A stretch of DNA of 38,372 nt from a virus (taxonomy: Duplodnaviria > Heunggongvirae > Uroviricota > Caudoviricetes). Position 1 is the first letter of the stretch. Every line of letters starts with the position of its first letter. The notes below the pieces were generated by a model. That model made no database searches. It saw only the letters and a program-made list of their open reading frames with translations, and was not told the origin of the DNA. Of this stretch, positions 9,463 through 19,063 are shown piece after piece. Location: the IMG/VR virus record IMGVR_UViG_2718218129_000003; one strand, given 5' to 3'. The translations under genes were made by a program, and so were the position numbers.

Positions 9463-10635
9463 TTACGCGCTGACCTGGCTGGCAAAATTCACCAGGTACT
9501 GATCGGTGATGCGCTGACGCAGCATCAGGTTTTCAAGTGGCGGCACTGGCGTGTAGTCGTAGTCGATGGTGAGCTTCCCGGCTTTCAGAGTGTCTTTATC
9601 GTTCACCGACTCATCCAGCCAGCAATCACCACCAATGAGATAGCCCTGACTGACCAGGCTGCGCATTTTGGCGCGGATACCTTCGATAATGTCGCGGGCC
9701 AGCGACGGGTTCAGCGGTTTGTCCACCGCCCACATATGCGCTTCTGCCATCGTGTCCATCAGTACCTGCGCCGTGCGGGTGTAGTTTTCGAAGGCAAAGA
9801 GCGGGTCATCACTCAGGCAGCGGGAACCCCAGAAGCGGAAACCGTCTTTGCGGATAAGCGTGGTGACGTCGTTCTGGTTCAGCAGACCTGCATCGGTTGC
9901 CGGGTCCTGCAGATCCCAGAACACATCAGCAGAAATTCCGGTGACACCGTTCACGCCCACGTTGGACAGGCTTTTGTGCCACCCGGTCTGCTCATCAATT
10001 TTGGCGCGCAGACCGAGCGCACGAGCGGTGGCATATGCCGTTGCTTCGGCATTCAGCAGCGTGTCCCAGCCAGTAAAGTCAGGCCAGATCAGCATCCCTT
10101 CGCGCTGGCTGAAGTTTTCGCGGTAAGTGATCGCCTCCTGCACTGTCTTGCAGCCATACGCTGACAGGTAAGCAAACCCACGCAGGCTTTGCGCCACGCT
10201 CAGCAACTCAGTCGCTACCGCCTTGGTGTCGTGGCCTGGCACGCCGAGAATGCGCGGTTTAACGCCGAGCTGTGACTGGGCAGATAACAGGGCTTTCATA
10301 CCTGTTTTTTTACCTTCAGCAGTCACTGCGCCGATGATATTGGTCGTGGTTTCTTCTTCCGTTTCACCCTGCGGCACACGCACAACAACGGTCACGGGTT
10401 TTGCCTGGTCAGCGATGGCATCCAGCGAGCGGGCCAGTGTGCCGGACTCACCCGCTTTACCGCTGGCAATCAGCACATCAGTGATCAGCACGGGTTTATT
10501 AAGAGGAAACATTTTTGCATCGGCATCATCGCCCGTGCAGACCATACCCACGATGGCGGTGCTCACCGTGGTAATGGATCGGGTGCCTTCGTTGACTTCA
10601 ACAACGCGCACCCCGTGGTGGTAATCCTGAGCCAT
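9463..10635 (-). CDS. FI: Contractile tail sheath protein
   Basis: 390-aa ORF at the head of the FI-FII-E-T-U-D operon. Confidence 0.85.
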   Translation of the reverse strand: MAQDYHHGVRVVEVNEGTRSITTVSTAIVGMVCTGDDADAKMFPLNKPVLITDVLIASGKAGESGTLARSLDAIADQAKPVTVVVRVPQGETEEETTTNIIGAVTAEGKKTGMKALLSAQSQLGVKPRILGVPGHDTKAVATELLSVAQSLRGFAYLSAYGCKTVQEAITYRENFSQREGMLIWPDFTGWDTLLNAEATAYATARALGLRAKIDEQTGWHKSLSNVGVNGVTGISADVFWDLQDPATDAGLLNQNDVTTLIRKDGFRFWGSRCLSDDPLFAFENYTRTAQVLMDTMAEAHMWAVDKPLNPSLARDIIEGIRAKMRSLVSQGYLIGGDCWLDESVNDKDTLKAGKLTIDYDYTPVPPLENLMLRQRITDQYLVNFASQVSA

Positions 10636-10711
10636 AGTGGCGAACCTCCTGATTGGATTAGGCTTCGCCCTATGTTGAAGTGATTGTGCCTGACAAACAG
10701 CTAAGCGCAGT

Positions 10712-10729
10712 TGTACCGTTATTCACACA
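10712..10729. promoter_or_regulatory. Candidate Ogr-dependent late promoter dyad (TGT-N12-ACA) upstream of FI
   Basis: TGTACCGTTATTCACACA lies 85 bp upstream of the FI start codon. P2 late promoters carry a TGT-N12-ACA activator site. Confidence 0.35.
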
Positions 10730-10777
10730 AAATGACGGTATTTGTCTACTTGCGGGGATAATCAAAATAATGCTGAT

Positions 10778-11344
10778 TCAGGGGGATTCATTGCTCTTAT
10801 TTGCCGGAAATTTTCTATAAATTGTGGAAACACCCACATCAAAAATCAGTGCAATACGCTGTCTTGATTCTCCGGCCTCGAGTAAGCGCCCAATCTGTGC
10901 CCACTGTTCGGTGGTCAACTTAGGACGGCGTCCACCTACTCTGCCTTTATCACGAGCTGCAGCCAGCCCCGCCCTGGTACGTTCAACTATCAGTTCGCGT
11001 TCCATTTCTGCCAGGGCCCCCATGACATGAAAAAAGAAACGGCCCATTGGGGTGCTGGTATCAATACTGTCAGTCAGGCTTCGGAAATTCACGCCACGCT
11101 GGCGCAACTCTTCTATCAGCGTAACAAGATGCCGCATACTGCGCCCCAACCTGTCCAGCTTCCAGACGACCAGCGTGTCTCCTGCCGATAGTGTCCTGAG
11201 CAGTTTTTTCAGCCCCGGTCTGTCGGACTTAGTGCCACTGATTTTATCCTCAAAAATTCGCTCACATCCCGCGCAGTTCAGTGCATTACGTTGCAAATCG
11301 GTGTTCTGGTCATTTGTTGACACGCGTACATAGCCAATAAGCAT
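10778..11344 (-). CDS. Site-specific DNA invertase (serine recombinase, Gin/Pin/Cin/Hin family)
   Basis: N-terminus MLIGYVRVSTNDQNTDLQ with the catalytic Ser region, and a C-terminal HTH (GVSTIYRKF). Adjacent to inverted 26-bp crossover sites. Confidence 0.9.
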   Translation of the reverse strand: MLIGYVRVSTNDQNTDLQRNALNCAGCERIFEDKISGTKSDRPGLKKLLRTLSAGDTLVVWKLDRLGRSMRHLVTLIEELRQRGVNFRSLTDSIDTSTPMGRFFFHVMGALAEMERELIVERTRAGLAAARDKGRVGGRRPKLTTEQWAQIGRLLEAGESRQRIALIFDVGVSTIYRKFPANKSNESP

Positions 11345-11371
11345 GATCATCCCCCTGAATAAAAACCGGAG

Positions 11372-11872
11372 ATGATGCCAGTTAGCCGTAATCTCTGCAT
11401 TTTCATAAACGTTGGTTTGGGAGAAGGTTCGGCATTACCCGTTGGTGTGCCTGTTCCGTGGCCTTCTGCAACACCGCCTACTGGCTGGCTGAAATGTAAC
11501 GGTGCGGCTTTTTCTGCTGAAGAATACCCGGAACTGGCAAAGGCTTACCCGACAAATAAATTGCCTGATTTACGCGGTGAGTTTATTCGTGGCTGGGATG
11601 ACGGTCGTTCAGTAGATACTGGTCGCAGCGTTATGTCTGCACAGAGCGCGCGTGTTGGTTATATTAAATTTGATATGGGAATTTATGGTATTCCTGCAGG
11701 TACGGGCTCACTTATTTTGTCCAATGATATCTTAATTACGGGTCATGACAGTAATGGCTCAAGCCTATTGCTGAACAACTCTAATGAGCGGGCAATTGGT
11801 GAAATGTATGTCGTTCCTGCCGATACTCGCCCACGGAATATTGCATTTAACTATATCGTGAGGGCTGCATAA
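11372..11872 (+). CDS. Alternative (currently silent) tail-fibre C-terminal receptor-binding cassette
   Basis: The ORF frame passes through the left crossover site encoding NVGLGEGS, matching LGLGEAAK at the right site in gene H. It has no credible independent start and would fuse to the H constant region after inversion. Confidence 0.6.
   Translation: MMPVSRNLCIFINVGLGEGSALPVGVPVPWPSATPPTGWLKCNGAAFSAEEYPELAKAYPTNKLPDLRGEFIRGWDDGRSVDTGRSVMSAQSARVGYIKFDMGIYGIPAGTGSLILSNDILITGHDSNGSSLLLNNSNERAIGEMYVVPADTRPRNIAFNYIVRAA
11400..11425. repeat. Invertase crossover site (gix/hix-like), left
   Basis: TTTTCATAAACGTTGGTTTGGGAGAA resembles gix/hix sites (AAACC..GGTTT core) and is an inverted copy of the site at 13227..13252. 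Confidence 0.75.
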
Positions 11873-12474
11873 TGGATAACGCTGTATTAAATAGCGAGTT
11901 TATTGCTACAAAGGCGGGAAATATTACCGTCTATAACTATGATGGCGAAACACGGGAATATATTTCCACTTCAAATGAATATCTTGCCATTGGTGTCGGT
12001 ATCCCTGCATATTCCTGTTTAGATGCCCCTGGCACACATAAGGCAGGTTATGCTATCTGCCGTTCGATGGATTTAAACTCATGGGAATATGTGCCAGACC
12101 ATCGCGGTGAAATTGTCTATAACACCGAAACGGGAGACGCCAAAGAAATCACAACTCCGGGTGATTACCCCGAAAAAACAACCACTATCGCCCCGTTAAC
12201 GCCATACGATAAATGGGATGGTGAGAAATGGGTGACGGATACCGAGGCACAGCATAGCGCCGCAGTAGACGCGGCAGAAGCACAACGTCAGTCACTGATT
12301 GATACTGCAATGGCTTCCATTAGTCTGATTCAGTTGAAATTGCAGGCCGGACGGAAACTGACGCAGGCAGAAACAACCCGACTTAACGCCATGCTGGATT
12401 ACATTGACGCGGTGACGGCAACAGATACCAGCACCGCGCCGGATGTCATCTGGCCTGAACTGCCGGAGGCGTAG
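11872..12474 (+). CDS. Tail fibre assembly protein (partner of the silent cassette)
   Basis: 200-aa ORF whose C-terminus (LDYIDAVTATDTSTAPDVIWPELP) is related to the C-terminus of the convergent Tfa at 12446..12889. Confidence 0.7.
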   Translation: MDNAVLNSEFIATKAGNITVYNYDGETREYISTSNEYLAIGVGIPAYSCLDAPGTHKAGYAICRSMDLNSWEYVPDHRGEIVYNTETGDAKEITTPGDYPEKTTTIAPLTPYDKWDGEKWVTDTEAQHSAAVDAAEAQRQSLIDTAMASISLIQLKLQAGRKLTQAETTRLNAMLDYIDAVTATDTSTAPDVIWPELPEA

Positions 12475-12889
12475 GCCATTCAATATCTGGCGCACCGGAA
12501 GTATCGACCAGCTCCAGTGCGTCCAGATAATCCAGCCACAAATTATATTGCGCCAGTTCCTCACCTTTCAGACGACCAATAGCCGCTTTACCAGGCCATT
12601 GTTTACTGTTCATGTGTTCGTTGGCCTGATTAAGCAATAATTGTCTTTCTGATTCTGCCTGTTGAATAAGTTCTTCATGTGATGGTTGAGGTATTTCAGC
12701 CCATGTGGGAAAACCATTTACCCCTGCAACTCGGATTTTCCCTTGTGGCGGTTCCGCCATATATTTTACAGAAATGTTATCAGGAATATCTAATGCATCA
12801 GCGGGCCATGTTCCATTTACTTCATAAGTATTTTTTAAATTAACAGCATAAAATGCATTTTCCGAGGGGGAATAAATATATTGATTCAT
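12446..12889 (-). CDS. G: Tail fibre assembly protein (gpG-like, expressed orientation)
   Basis: 147-aa ORF directly downstream of H with the Tfa C-terminal motif WLDYLDALELVDTSGAPDIEWP. Confidence 0.75.
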   Translation of the reverse strand: MNQYIYSPSENAFYAVNLKNTYEVNGTWPADALDIPDNISVKYMAEPPQGKIRVAGVNGFPTWAEIPQPSHEELIQQAESERQLLLNQANEHMNSKQWPGKAAIGRLKGEELAQYNLWLDYLDALELVDTSGAPDIEWPTPPAVQAR

Positions 12890-12890
12890 A

Positions 12891-14288
12891 TTATCTTCCT
12901 ATTGCGATAATCATAGTTCCATACAAACCATTTCCGGTTGATACTTTTAAGGTTACTGATGTCCTTGTTGTCGTGTACCCCATAAGTTTAAAGGTCGGAG
13001 CAGCCGTTAATGTGCCATCAGACCATAAGGCACTAACAGCAAGTGCACCTGAAGGAAATGCAATAGGGAAATTACCAGTAGTTCCGTTAGTGTCCGCCCC
13101 ATAAACATTCATCGAAAACATTTGGACAATATGACCACTTGGTAACTGAAACCAGTTTTTGCCAGATGGGAATGCAGACATATCTGGTATCTGATTTTCC
13201 CCTGTTCCCACATTTCGTTTTGCCGCTTCTCCCAAACCAAGGTATGTGAGAAGACCAGCTACATCCTTTCCACTCAAATTAGTCAGCGTATTGTCCAGCG
13301 GTTGTTTACCTGCCAGCGCATTAAGCATTGTCGTGGCAAAGTTCGGATCATTCCCCAGTGCCGCCGCCAGTTCGTTCAGTGTATCCAGTGCCGCAGGTGC
13401 AGAACCCACCATTCCTGCAATCGCCGATTTCACAAAAGCCGTAGTGGCAATCTGTGTATTATTGACCGACTGCGCCGCCGTAGGGGCTGTTGGCGTTCCG
13501 GTGAGTGCCGGACTCGACAGCGGCGCTTTCAGTGCCAGCGCATTGTTAATGGTGGTACTGAATTTCGGATCATTGTTAATGGCTACGGCTATTTCTTTCA
13601 GCGTGTCCAGCGTGGCTGGCGCACCATTAATAAGAGCCGTCAGTGCCGCCTGAACAAATGCGGTGGTCGCAATCTGCGTGGTGTTATTCCCCTCCGCTGG
13701 CGTTGGCGCTTTGGGTGTTCCGGTCAATGTCGGGCTTTCTTTGGGTGCATACTGTGAATGCGGGTCCGGTGCGGCAAGATGTTTTGCCATCTTATCATCC
13801 ACGAACACCTTCAGCTCCAGTACCTTGTCATCCACATACTTGCGGGTTGCCAGCACGACGGCAGGGTCGATTTTCAGGGTGATATTGTCCGTGCTGCTGG
13901 TAATCAGCACCATGCGCACGGTCTGGGTGCGCCCGCTGCCTTCAGCCAGTTGCGGCTTATAGCTTTCCGGGCAGTTGCCTACGGCAATCAATGCCCCGGA
14001 CTCATCAAACAGACCCACTTCACGTATCCACCAACCACCCTCATTTTCAGGGATCACCTGTTCAGCAATAATCTGGCTGCTGTTCTGCGGGTCGATATAG
14101 AGCATATTCAGCGCAGCCCGGCGTTTCTCATTTACCAGTGCCGTCTGCTTTGCGTCCGGCGCCGACAATGCTCCGCCGCCATCGCCCACCGCCATATGGG
14201 TAATTTTTAGCGGCACACCTAGCGCGGCGGCGCTGGCAAGTTTCGCCGCGCCAATATCCGTCAGCAGGGTATAAAATTTTGTGCTCAT
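12891..14288 (-). CDS. H: Tail fibre protein (constant N-terminal region plus current variable C-terminus)
   Basis: 465-aa ORF following I. Internal Ala/Thr-rich tandem repeats. Crosses the right crossover site. Confidence 0.85.
   Translation of the reverse strand: MSTKFYTLLTDIGAAKLASAAALGVPLKITHMAVGDGGGALSAPDAKQTALVNEKRRAALNMLYIDPQNSSQIIAEQVIPENEGGWWIREVGLFDESGALIAVGNCPESYKPQLAEGSGRTQTVRMVLITSSTDNITLKIDPAVVLATRKYVDDKVLELKVFVDDKMAKHLAAPDPHSQYAPKESPTLTGTPKAPTPAEGNNTTQIATTAFVQAALTALINGAPATLDTLKEIAVAINNDPKFSTTINNALALKAPLSSPALTGTPTAPTAAQSVNNTQIATTAFVKSAIAGMVGSAPAALDTLNELAAALGNDPNFATTMLNALAGKQPLDNTLTNLSGKDVAGLLTYLGLGEAAKRNVGTGENQIPDMSAFPSGKNWFQLPSGHIVQMFSMNVYGADTNGTTGNFPIAFPSGALAVSALWSDGTLTAAPTFKLMGYTTTRTSVTLKVSTGNGLYGTMIIAIGR
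13227..13252. repeat. Invertase crossover site (gix/hix-like), right, inside gene H
   Basis: TTCTCCCAAACCAAGGTATGTGAGAA. Its first 14 bp are identical to the reverse complement of the left site. Confidence 0.75.
13320..13735. repeat. Tandem direct repeat (two units of about 200 bp) inside tail fibre gene H
   Basis: Encodes two copies of a roughly 69-aa unit (…NNTQIATTAFV…APATLDTL…NDP.F.TT…NALA.K.PL…). Visible at both DNA and protein level. Confidence 0.6.
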
Positions 14289-14890
14289 GGATTCACTCTC
14301 ATTGTGTCAATAACATGGACCGCCCCGCCTTCATGCGCGGTGCCGCCGGAAATAATTGTTTCGTTGATATACGGATAGATCGTGATTTCTTCGCCAAGAT
14401 AACTGGCGGCTCCCACCCAATGCGAACCGCTGGTCTGCAGATTGATGGACATGCCGATCATGTGACGGCTACATGGTTTGGCATCGCTTATCAGTCGCTC
14501 AAGTTCCAGATAGGTATCTTCAGTGATGCCCTGGTCCTGCACACCAATGTCCAGACGAAACGTGCCCGGTGTTTCTCCGGTCTGCCACCACTCAATAATG
14601 CGGATCAGGAAGCCGAACGGCTCCACCACCCGCCGTACGGCACTGGTGGTTCCTTTGTGCTGATGAATATAAAAAGCATCCTTCACTACCTGGCGTTTGA
14701 CGCTTTCTGTCCAGCCCTCGTCCCAGCGATCCACAGAGAACGCCCAGGCGAGATAAGGCAGGAAACTGACCGGACAGGTTGCCGGATTCCACAAGTCACG
14801 CAGTGACACCTGCAGATCAGAAATCCCGCTACAGGTTTGCGCCAGTCGGCGCTCCAGTGGCGTTGAACCCGGTGGCAGCAGACTATTCAT
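14285..14890 (-). CDS. I: Baseplate assembly protein I
   Basis: 201-aa ORF between J and H, overlapping the H start by 4 nt. Confidence 0.8.
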   Translation of the reverse strand: MNSLLPPGSTPLERRLAQTCSGISDLQVSLRDLWNPATCPVSFLPYLAWAFSVDRWDEGWTESVKRQVVKDAFYIHQHKGTTSAVRRVVEPFGFLIRIIEWWQTGETPGTFRLDIGVQDQGITEDTYLELERLISDAKPCSRHMIGMSINLQTSGSHWVGAASYLGEEITIYPYINETIISGGTAHEGGAVHVIDTMRVNP

Positions 14891-15791
14891 CCGTTCCCCC
14901 GTTGGTCACGCTCCACTGCGTACATGATGCCGCCTGCGTTTTGTTCAGGACCACATCAGCCAGCGGTGAAGCCAGCTCCACACGTTGAACACCCTCAACA
15001 TGCAGCGCGGCAAAAATAGCACTACGGCGAATATCCCGACCGAGCCGCGTCTGACTGGCGATGTACCTCTGCAGGCTGACTTTTGCCGCTGCCATTACCG
15101 GCTCTGCTTCCGGTCCCGGATAAAGAAAAATGGTAGCTTCCACACGGTACGGGATGATTTCTGCGCTGCGAACCGTCAGACGGTCAGCCACCGGGCGGAC
15201 GTTCTCACTGTTCAGGGCTTTCTCCACCACATCCAGCAAGTCTTTTTCTGCTGTTCCGTCGCCTTCACGACTCAGGACAGTCAGTACCACCTCTGCAGGT
15301 GCCGGACTGGTTGCACTGGCATCCGCCACCCGACCGTCGGCGCTTCGGGCATGAAATTCATAAGCGGCAGTTGGCCCCGCAACAGAAAGCCCTTCAAAGG
15401 CTGCAGGCACACGCAGGCGTAACGCTTCATCGCTTTCCATCACAGCCGCAACGGGTGGCACAGCGTCATTATCAGCAGGCGTCACCGTCAGGCGTTTCAC
15501 GTTGTAGTTGGCAGCGAGCTGGTCAAGATCGCCGCCCATCGCGTAAGCCACCATCACAGCCTGCGCGGCTTCGTTAATGCGCTGGCGCAGAAGCAACTCA
15601 CGGTAAGCGTTCTCCTGCAGCAATTTGGTGACGGGTTCAGATTCCAGTTCCAGCGTGCGGATCACGGCTTCCTGCTCATCTTTCGGATGAAGCACCACAA
15701 ATTCGGCCTTGCGTTCGACAAGCAGCGTCTCAAAGTCCGGCACATCGACAATCTGCGGCGCAGGCAACTGCGAAAGGTCAATCACTGCCAT
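14883..15791 (-). CDS. J: Baseplate assembly protein J
   Basis: Start chosen at the internal Met (MAVIDLSQLPAP), which resembles the P2 J N-terminus. The ORF track extends to 15830. Confidence 0.85.
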   Translation of the reverse strand: MAVIDLSQLPAPQIVDVPDFETLLVERKAEFVVLHPKDEQEAVIRTLELESEPVTKLLQENAYRELLLRQRINEAAQAVMVAYAMGGDLDQLAANYNVKRLTVTPADNDAVPPVAAVMESDEALRLRVPAAFEGLSVAGPTAAYEFHARSADGRVADASATSPAPAEVVLTVLSREGDGTAEKDLLDVVEKALNSENVRPVADRLTVRSAEIIPYRVEATIFLYPGPEAEPVMAAAKVSLQRYIASQTRLGRDIRRSAIFAALHVEGVQRVELASPLADVVLNKTQAASCTQWSVTNGGTDE

Positions 15792-16137
15792 TCTCTGCTC
15801 CTGTTGATACGGAAAGGGAAACAGGCACACCGTTATTACGCCGCCCGGTCAGCCCCACCACCATTGAACCGTCAAAATTGCTGTTGATGGTGATGGAATC
15901 CAGCGTCAGCCGTGGCTCCCAGCGACTCAGCGCCACATACACTGCCGACATGACCTGCAGGCGTAATGCCGGATTTTGTGGCTGGTCTATCAGTGTCGAC
16001 AGCAGGGAACCATATTCACGACGGGCAATGCGGCAACCCTGCGGTGTCAGCAGAATGTCCCGCACCGACTGACGCAGATGGTCAATATCAGTAATGGCTT
16101 TACCGCTGGTATTGTTCATCCCGATATAAAGCGTCAT
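15778..16137 (-). CDS. W: Baseplate wedge protein W
   Basis: 119-aa ORF between V and J. Confidence 0.8.
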   Translation of the reverse strand: MTLYIGMNNTSGKAITDIDHLRQSVRDILLTPQGCRIARREYGSLLSTLIDQPQNPALRLQVMSAVYVALSRWEPRLTLDSITINSNFDGSMVVGLTGRRNNGVPVSLSVSTGAENGSD

Positions 16138-16712
16138 ACCGGGCCTCCGGTTGTATCGCCGCCTTTCAGGACGCCAGTATGCTGATGCGCATCAACCACG
16201 ATCCCGTTAGAACTCATCGCTCCGCCGCCCTGGATAACGCCACCATTGATCACCACTTCGCTGTTAATGCGCGTGCGGTCAGCCTCCAGTACAAACTCAC
16301 TGGTTTTCATAGTGATGTTGTCAGCGGCCTCAATGACCATTGATTTGATGCCCCTGACATACCAGCGCCCGGTGGCGGGTTCGTATTCAAACCAGCCACC
16401 GTCAGGATGTTCTGTCACGCAGGCGTCCGCCGACGTCGACGGTGGTGCGAACTGATTCGAATAGACAGCGGGCAGCGCAAAGGCGGTTTCCAGATTGCCG
16501 CCCAGACTCAGCAGCACCACCTGCTCACCTTCCGATGGTCGCCACCATGTGCGGGCATTCCCGGCACGCAGCGTCAGCCAGCTAATCCAGTTGGTTTCAA
16601 GCTCGCCCGTTTTCACCCGGCAAAGCCAGTTTTCCCTGTCCACTTCGGTGACTACCCCTGTGCGAATCAGGTTGGTGATAAGGCGCATGATTTCGGTTAA
16701 TTGTGCGTTCAT
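16134..16712 (-). CDS. V: Baseplate spike / central hub protein V
   Basis: 192-aa ORF, first gene of the V-W-J-I-H operon. Confidence 0.85.
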   Translation of the reverse strand: MNAQLTEIMRLITNLIRTGVVTEVDRENWLCRVKTGELETNWISWLTLRAGNARTWWRPSEGEQVVLLSLGGNLETAFALPAVYSNQFAPPSTSADACVTEHPDGGWFEYEPATGRWYVRGIKSMVIEAADNITMKTSEFVLEADRTRINSEVVINGGVIQGGGAMSSNGIVVDAHQHTGVLKGGDTTGGPV

Positions 16713-16758
16713 AGGGAAAGGTTGCCATCAGGGGAAGAAAGGCGGCAGTGCTGCAACT

Positions 16759-16776
16759 TGTATCAGTGCTGATACA
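16759..16776. promoter_or_regulatory. Candidate Ogr-dependent late promoter dyad upstream of V
   Basis: TGTATCAGTGCTGATACA, a near-perfect palindrome with the TGT-N12-ACA pattern, sits in the S-V intergenic gap. Confidence 0.4.
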
Positions 16777-16780
16777 AAGA

Positions 16781-17227
16781 TCATCCCGCCAGCCATTGCA
16801 GAATCATGTCGCGGGTCATTGCCTCAACATCATCATTTACACCCAGCAGGCGGCGCTCTGCATAGCGGACCTCCGGTCCTTTGCGACTGACGCGATCGCG
16901 CAGGCCGTAATGGTGAACACGGGCAATACGCTGCACCTTACCTTCAAACTGTACGCTGGCAGAATCAGAGCTGGCGGCAGTTCTCAGGTATTTTGTGGTG
17001 CGCAGCTTTGTAAACATCTGACGTTTGATACGGCCTTTTTTACTGCGTGCTGTTACTCGCCTCGGTTCATAGCGGCTGCCATCAGGATTGCGTTGCATCC
17101 TGATGTTCTGCCGCTGTGTCCGGCGCAGTTCCTGTGCCAGCTGGCGCATCATTCGGCTTCTTGCGGCTGGCTCCAGATTCGCCAGCAAGGCACTCAGCCA
17201 GTCGTCAACTTTCTGCAGTTCAGCCAC
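16781..17227 (-). CDS. S: Tail completion protein S
   Basis: 148-aa ORF in the syntenic position. Confidence 0.8.
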   Translation of the reverse strand: MAELQKVDDWLSALLANLEPAARSRMMRQLAQELRRTQRQNIRMQRNPDGSRYEPRRVTARSKKGRIKRQMFTKLRTTKYLRTAASSDSASVQFEGKVQRIARVHHYGLRDRVSRKGPEVRYAERRLLGVNDDVEAMTRDMILQWLAG

Positions 17228-17672
17228 GTTTCACCGTCCACATTTCTTCAGGTTCATCAGGTTCCGCTACCGCTTCAACACTCGACACACTGCCGTCAGT
17301 GCTGACCAGCACACGCTCCGTCAGTTGCAGGTTCAGGCTGATATCACAGACATCATTGCGCAGAATATCCACCTCAAAGGTGAATAGCTTTTCCCGTAAC
17401 GCCGGGTTCTTGATGGCATCGGGCTGGTTATCCCGCAGCCACAGCAAAACCGGGGCCATCAGCAGATTCTGGTCGCCGCTGAAATCCTCAATCACCGCGT
17501 TCAGGGTGTAACGGTACTCCCACGACATGGAGCTGGCCCCCGTGGCAACCAGCGAACCGTTATCCACAAACAGATGCAGTTTGTCCGGGTTATTGCGGAC
17601 ATAAGGCACCGCTTTATTGAGGGCGTGGCGCAGGGATTGTGGTTTGTTCACTGTTTCGCTCCTGACACGCAA
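17220..17672 (-). CDS. R: Tail completion protein R
   Basis: 150-aa ORF in the syntenic position. Confidence 0.8.
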   Translation of the reverse strand: MRVRSETVNKPQSLRHALNKAVPYVRNNPDKLHLFVDNGSLVATGASSMSWEYRYTLNAVIEDFSGDQNLLMAPVLLWLRDNQPDAIKNPALREKLFTFEVDILRNDVCDISLNLQLTERVLVSTDGSVSSVEAVAEPDEPEEMWTVKRG

Positions 17673-17904
17673 TAATCATGTCCACTTTGTCTGCACAGAC
17701 CGCCCAGGCGGCCTCCGTTTCATCCAGCAATGCGTTCAGATCACCGTTAGTGCGCGGCGCTGTCTGATCCAGCCGACACGGCGTCACTCGCGGACAACCA
17801 CTGACGGTAAGCTGCACCTCCGGTGAGTGCCGGACGTTCCCGCAGCCGGATAATGTCAGCAGGCAAAGGAGTATCAGCCCAGTGGCGTAAATCCTCGTTC
17901 TCAC
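17614..17904 (-). CDS. lysC: LysC, Rz1-like outer-membrane lipoprotein spanin
   Basis: Lipobox LLTLSGC after a signal peptide. Gene is embedded out of frame in the 3' end of lysB. Confidence 0.6.
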   Translation of the reverse strand: MRTRIYATGLILLCLLTLSGCGNVRHSPEVQLTVSGCPRVTPCRLDQTAPRTNGDLNALLDETEAAWAVCADKVDMIIACQERNSEQTTIPAPRPQ

Positions 17905-18175
17905 GTTTCAGTTCCTCGATCCGGCGTTGTCGTTGTCTCAGCTGTGCGCTGGTCTGTTCTGCTTCGGCATAGAGCCGCGCCTGCTCCCGGTTATTGGTTT
18001 CAGTCAGAATGGACAGGCTGATAAGCTGGCTGTTGCTCTTTGCCAGTGCCTGGCTTTTGCTCTGCAGCTCGTTTGCCTGCGTGCTGATGGTCTGGCTGGC
18101 ATCAGCCAGCCGCCACGTCTGCCAGCCCAGCGCCGCCAGTAATAACGCCAGCACAACCAGCAGCAACCGGTTCAT
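17747..18175 (-). CDS. lysB: LysB, Rz-like inner-membrane spanin
   Basis: N-terminal TM helix followed by a coiled-coil, charged region. Confidence 0.7.
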   Translation of the reverse strand: MNRLLLVVLALLLAALGWQTWRLADASQTISTQANELQSKSQALAKSNSQLISLSILTETNNREQARLYAEAEQTSAQLRQRQRRIEELKRENEDLRHWADTPLPADIIRLRERPALTGGAAYRQWLSASDAVSAGSDSAAH

Positions 18176-18549
18176 GCTGCTACCTGTTGCGCCATCTGAT
18201 TACGGGTGATCCAGAAGGCAATAACGGTCAGTAGATAAAAGACCAGGGTAATAGCCCACCCCGTCCATGCGAGACTTACAACAATCAGCAATCGCATCAC
18301 CCAACTGATAAATACGTTTTCTTTTCGGGTAATTGTCTTCAGCAAAGATGCCCTTAACTCCTGCCAGAGCGGGCCATTCTGAATTAACGCAGCCAGTGCT
18401 ACCGGAATTACCGCCCATGTCAGCAAACAGGCTACCCAAACGCCGGACGCTGCCAGTACCGGAAAGATCCCCTGCGGATACACCATTGCTGCGATTAACA
18501 GCGCCATCCATAACATCAGAAACAGTCCGCTGATTAATTTCTTTTTCAT
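18172..18549 (-). CDS. lysA: LysA, lysis timing membrane protein
   Basis: Multi-TM small protein. Start chosen at MKKKLISGL, which overlaps the K stop codon. The ORF track extends to 18621. Confidence 0.6.
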   Translation of the reverse strand: MKKKLISGLFLMLWMALLIAAMVYPQGIFPVLAASGVWVACLLTWAVIPVALAALIQNGPLWQELRASLLKTITRKENVFISWVMRLLIVVSLAWTGWAITLVFYLLTVIAFWITRNQMAQQVAA

Positions 18550-18550
18550 T

Positions 18551-19063
18551 TCAGTTTGCTCCCTGTAAACACCAGGCCATCTCCCGCGCACGGCGGTTAT
18601 CCAGCCCCTGATTAAACACACCTTTTACATAAACCCAGCGCGGCAACTGTCGGCACGCATCCGCCCAGCGCCGCTGATTGAGCAATTTCACCAGCGTGGA
18701 ACTACAGGCATTGCCCGTCCCCACGTTGAAGGCAAACGACACCGTAGCGTCATACACCTTCTGTGGTGGCTGTTGCTTCACACACCTTTCCAGTGCCCGC
18801 TCCACACGCAGCACGTTGGAGATCAGCCCTTCTGCTGCCTGTCGTTCCGTGATTGTTTTGCCGGGAATGACGCCCGATGTATTACCAATGCCGTCGGTCC
18901 AGACACCCGCGCTGCACTGATACGGCTGCAGACGACAGCCCTCGTAATCGGCAATCAGTTTCAGCCCCTCCACGGAGGTGTGAAGCTGCTGAAAACCCGG
19001 CAGCGTGGCAGCAATAGCCAGCACGGCCCCGACAAGGCAGCGTTTAACGATTGATGGATTCAT
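18551..19063 (-). CDS. K: Endolysin (lysozyme, P2 gpK-like) with N-terminal signal-anchor
   Basis: 170-aa ORF with N-terminal hydrophobic segment and a lysozyme-like region (EGCRLQPYQCSAGVWTDGIGNT). Confidence 0.85.
   Translation of the reverse strand: MNPSIVKRCLVGAVLAIAATLPGFQQLHTSVEGLKLIADYEGCRLQPYQCSAGVWTDGIGNTSGVIPGKTITERQAAEGLISNVLRVERALERCVKQQPPQKVYDATVSFAFNVGTGNACSSTLVKLLNQRRWADACRQLPRWVYVKGVFNQGLDNRRAREMAWCLQGAN

Larger units (their letters stand above)
11400..13252. other. Invertible tail-fibre segment (G/P-segment-like)
   Basis: Bounded by inverted 26-bp crossover sites. Contains two convergent tail-fibre C-terminal cassettes, each followed by its own tail-fibre assembly gene. The invertase gene is immediately adjacent. 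Confidence 0.75.

Noticed and set aside
12853-14210. Plus-strand ORFs of 83 to 151 aa inside tail fibre gene H
   Set aside because: They are antisense to gene H and reflect its repetitive GC-rich sequence. Several are Cys/Arg-rich, which is typical of frame artefacts.
18200-18511. 103-aa minus-strand ORF nested within lysA
   Set aside because: Alternative frame of the lysA region with no separate start signals. Only lysC is an expected embedded gene in this cassette.
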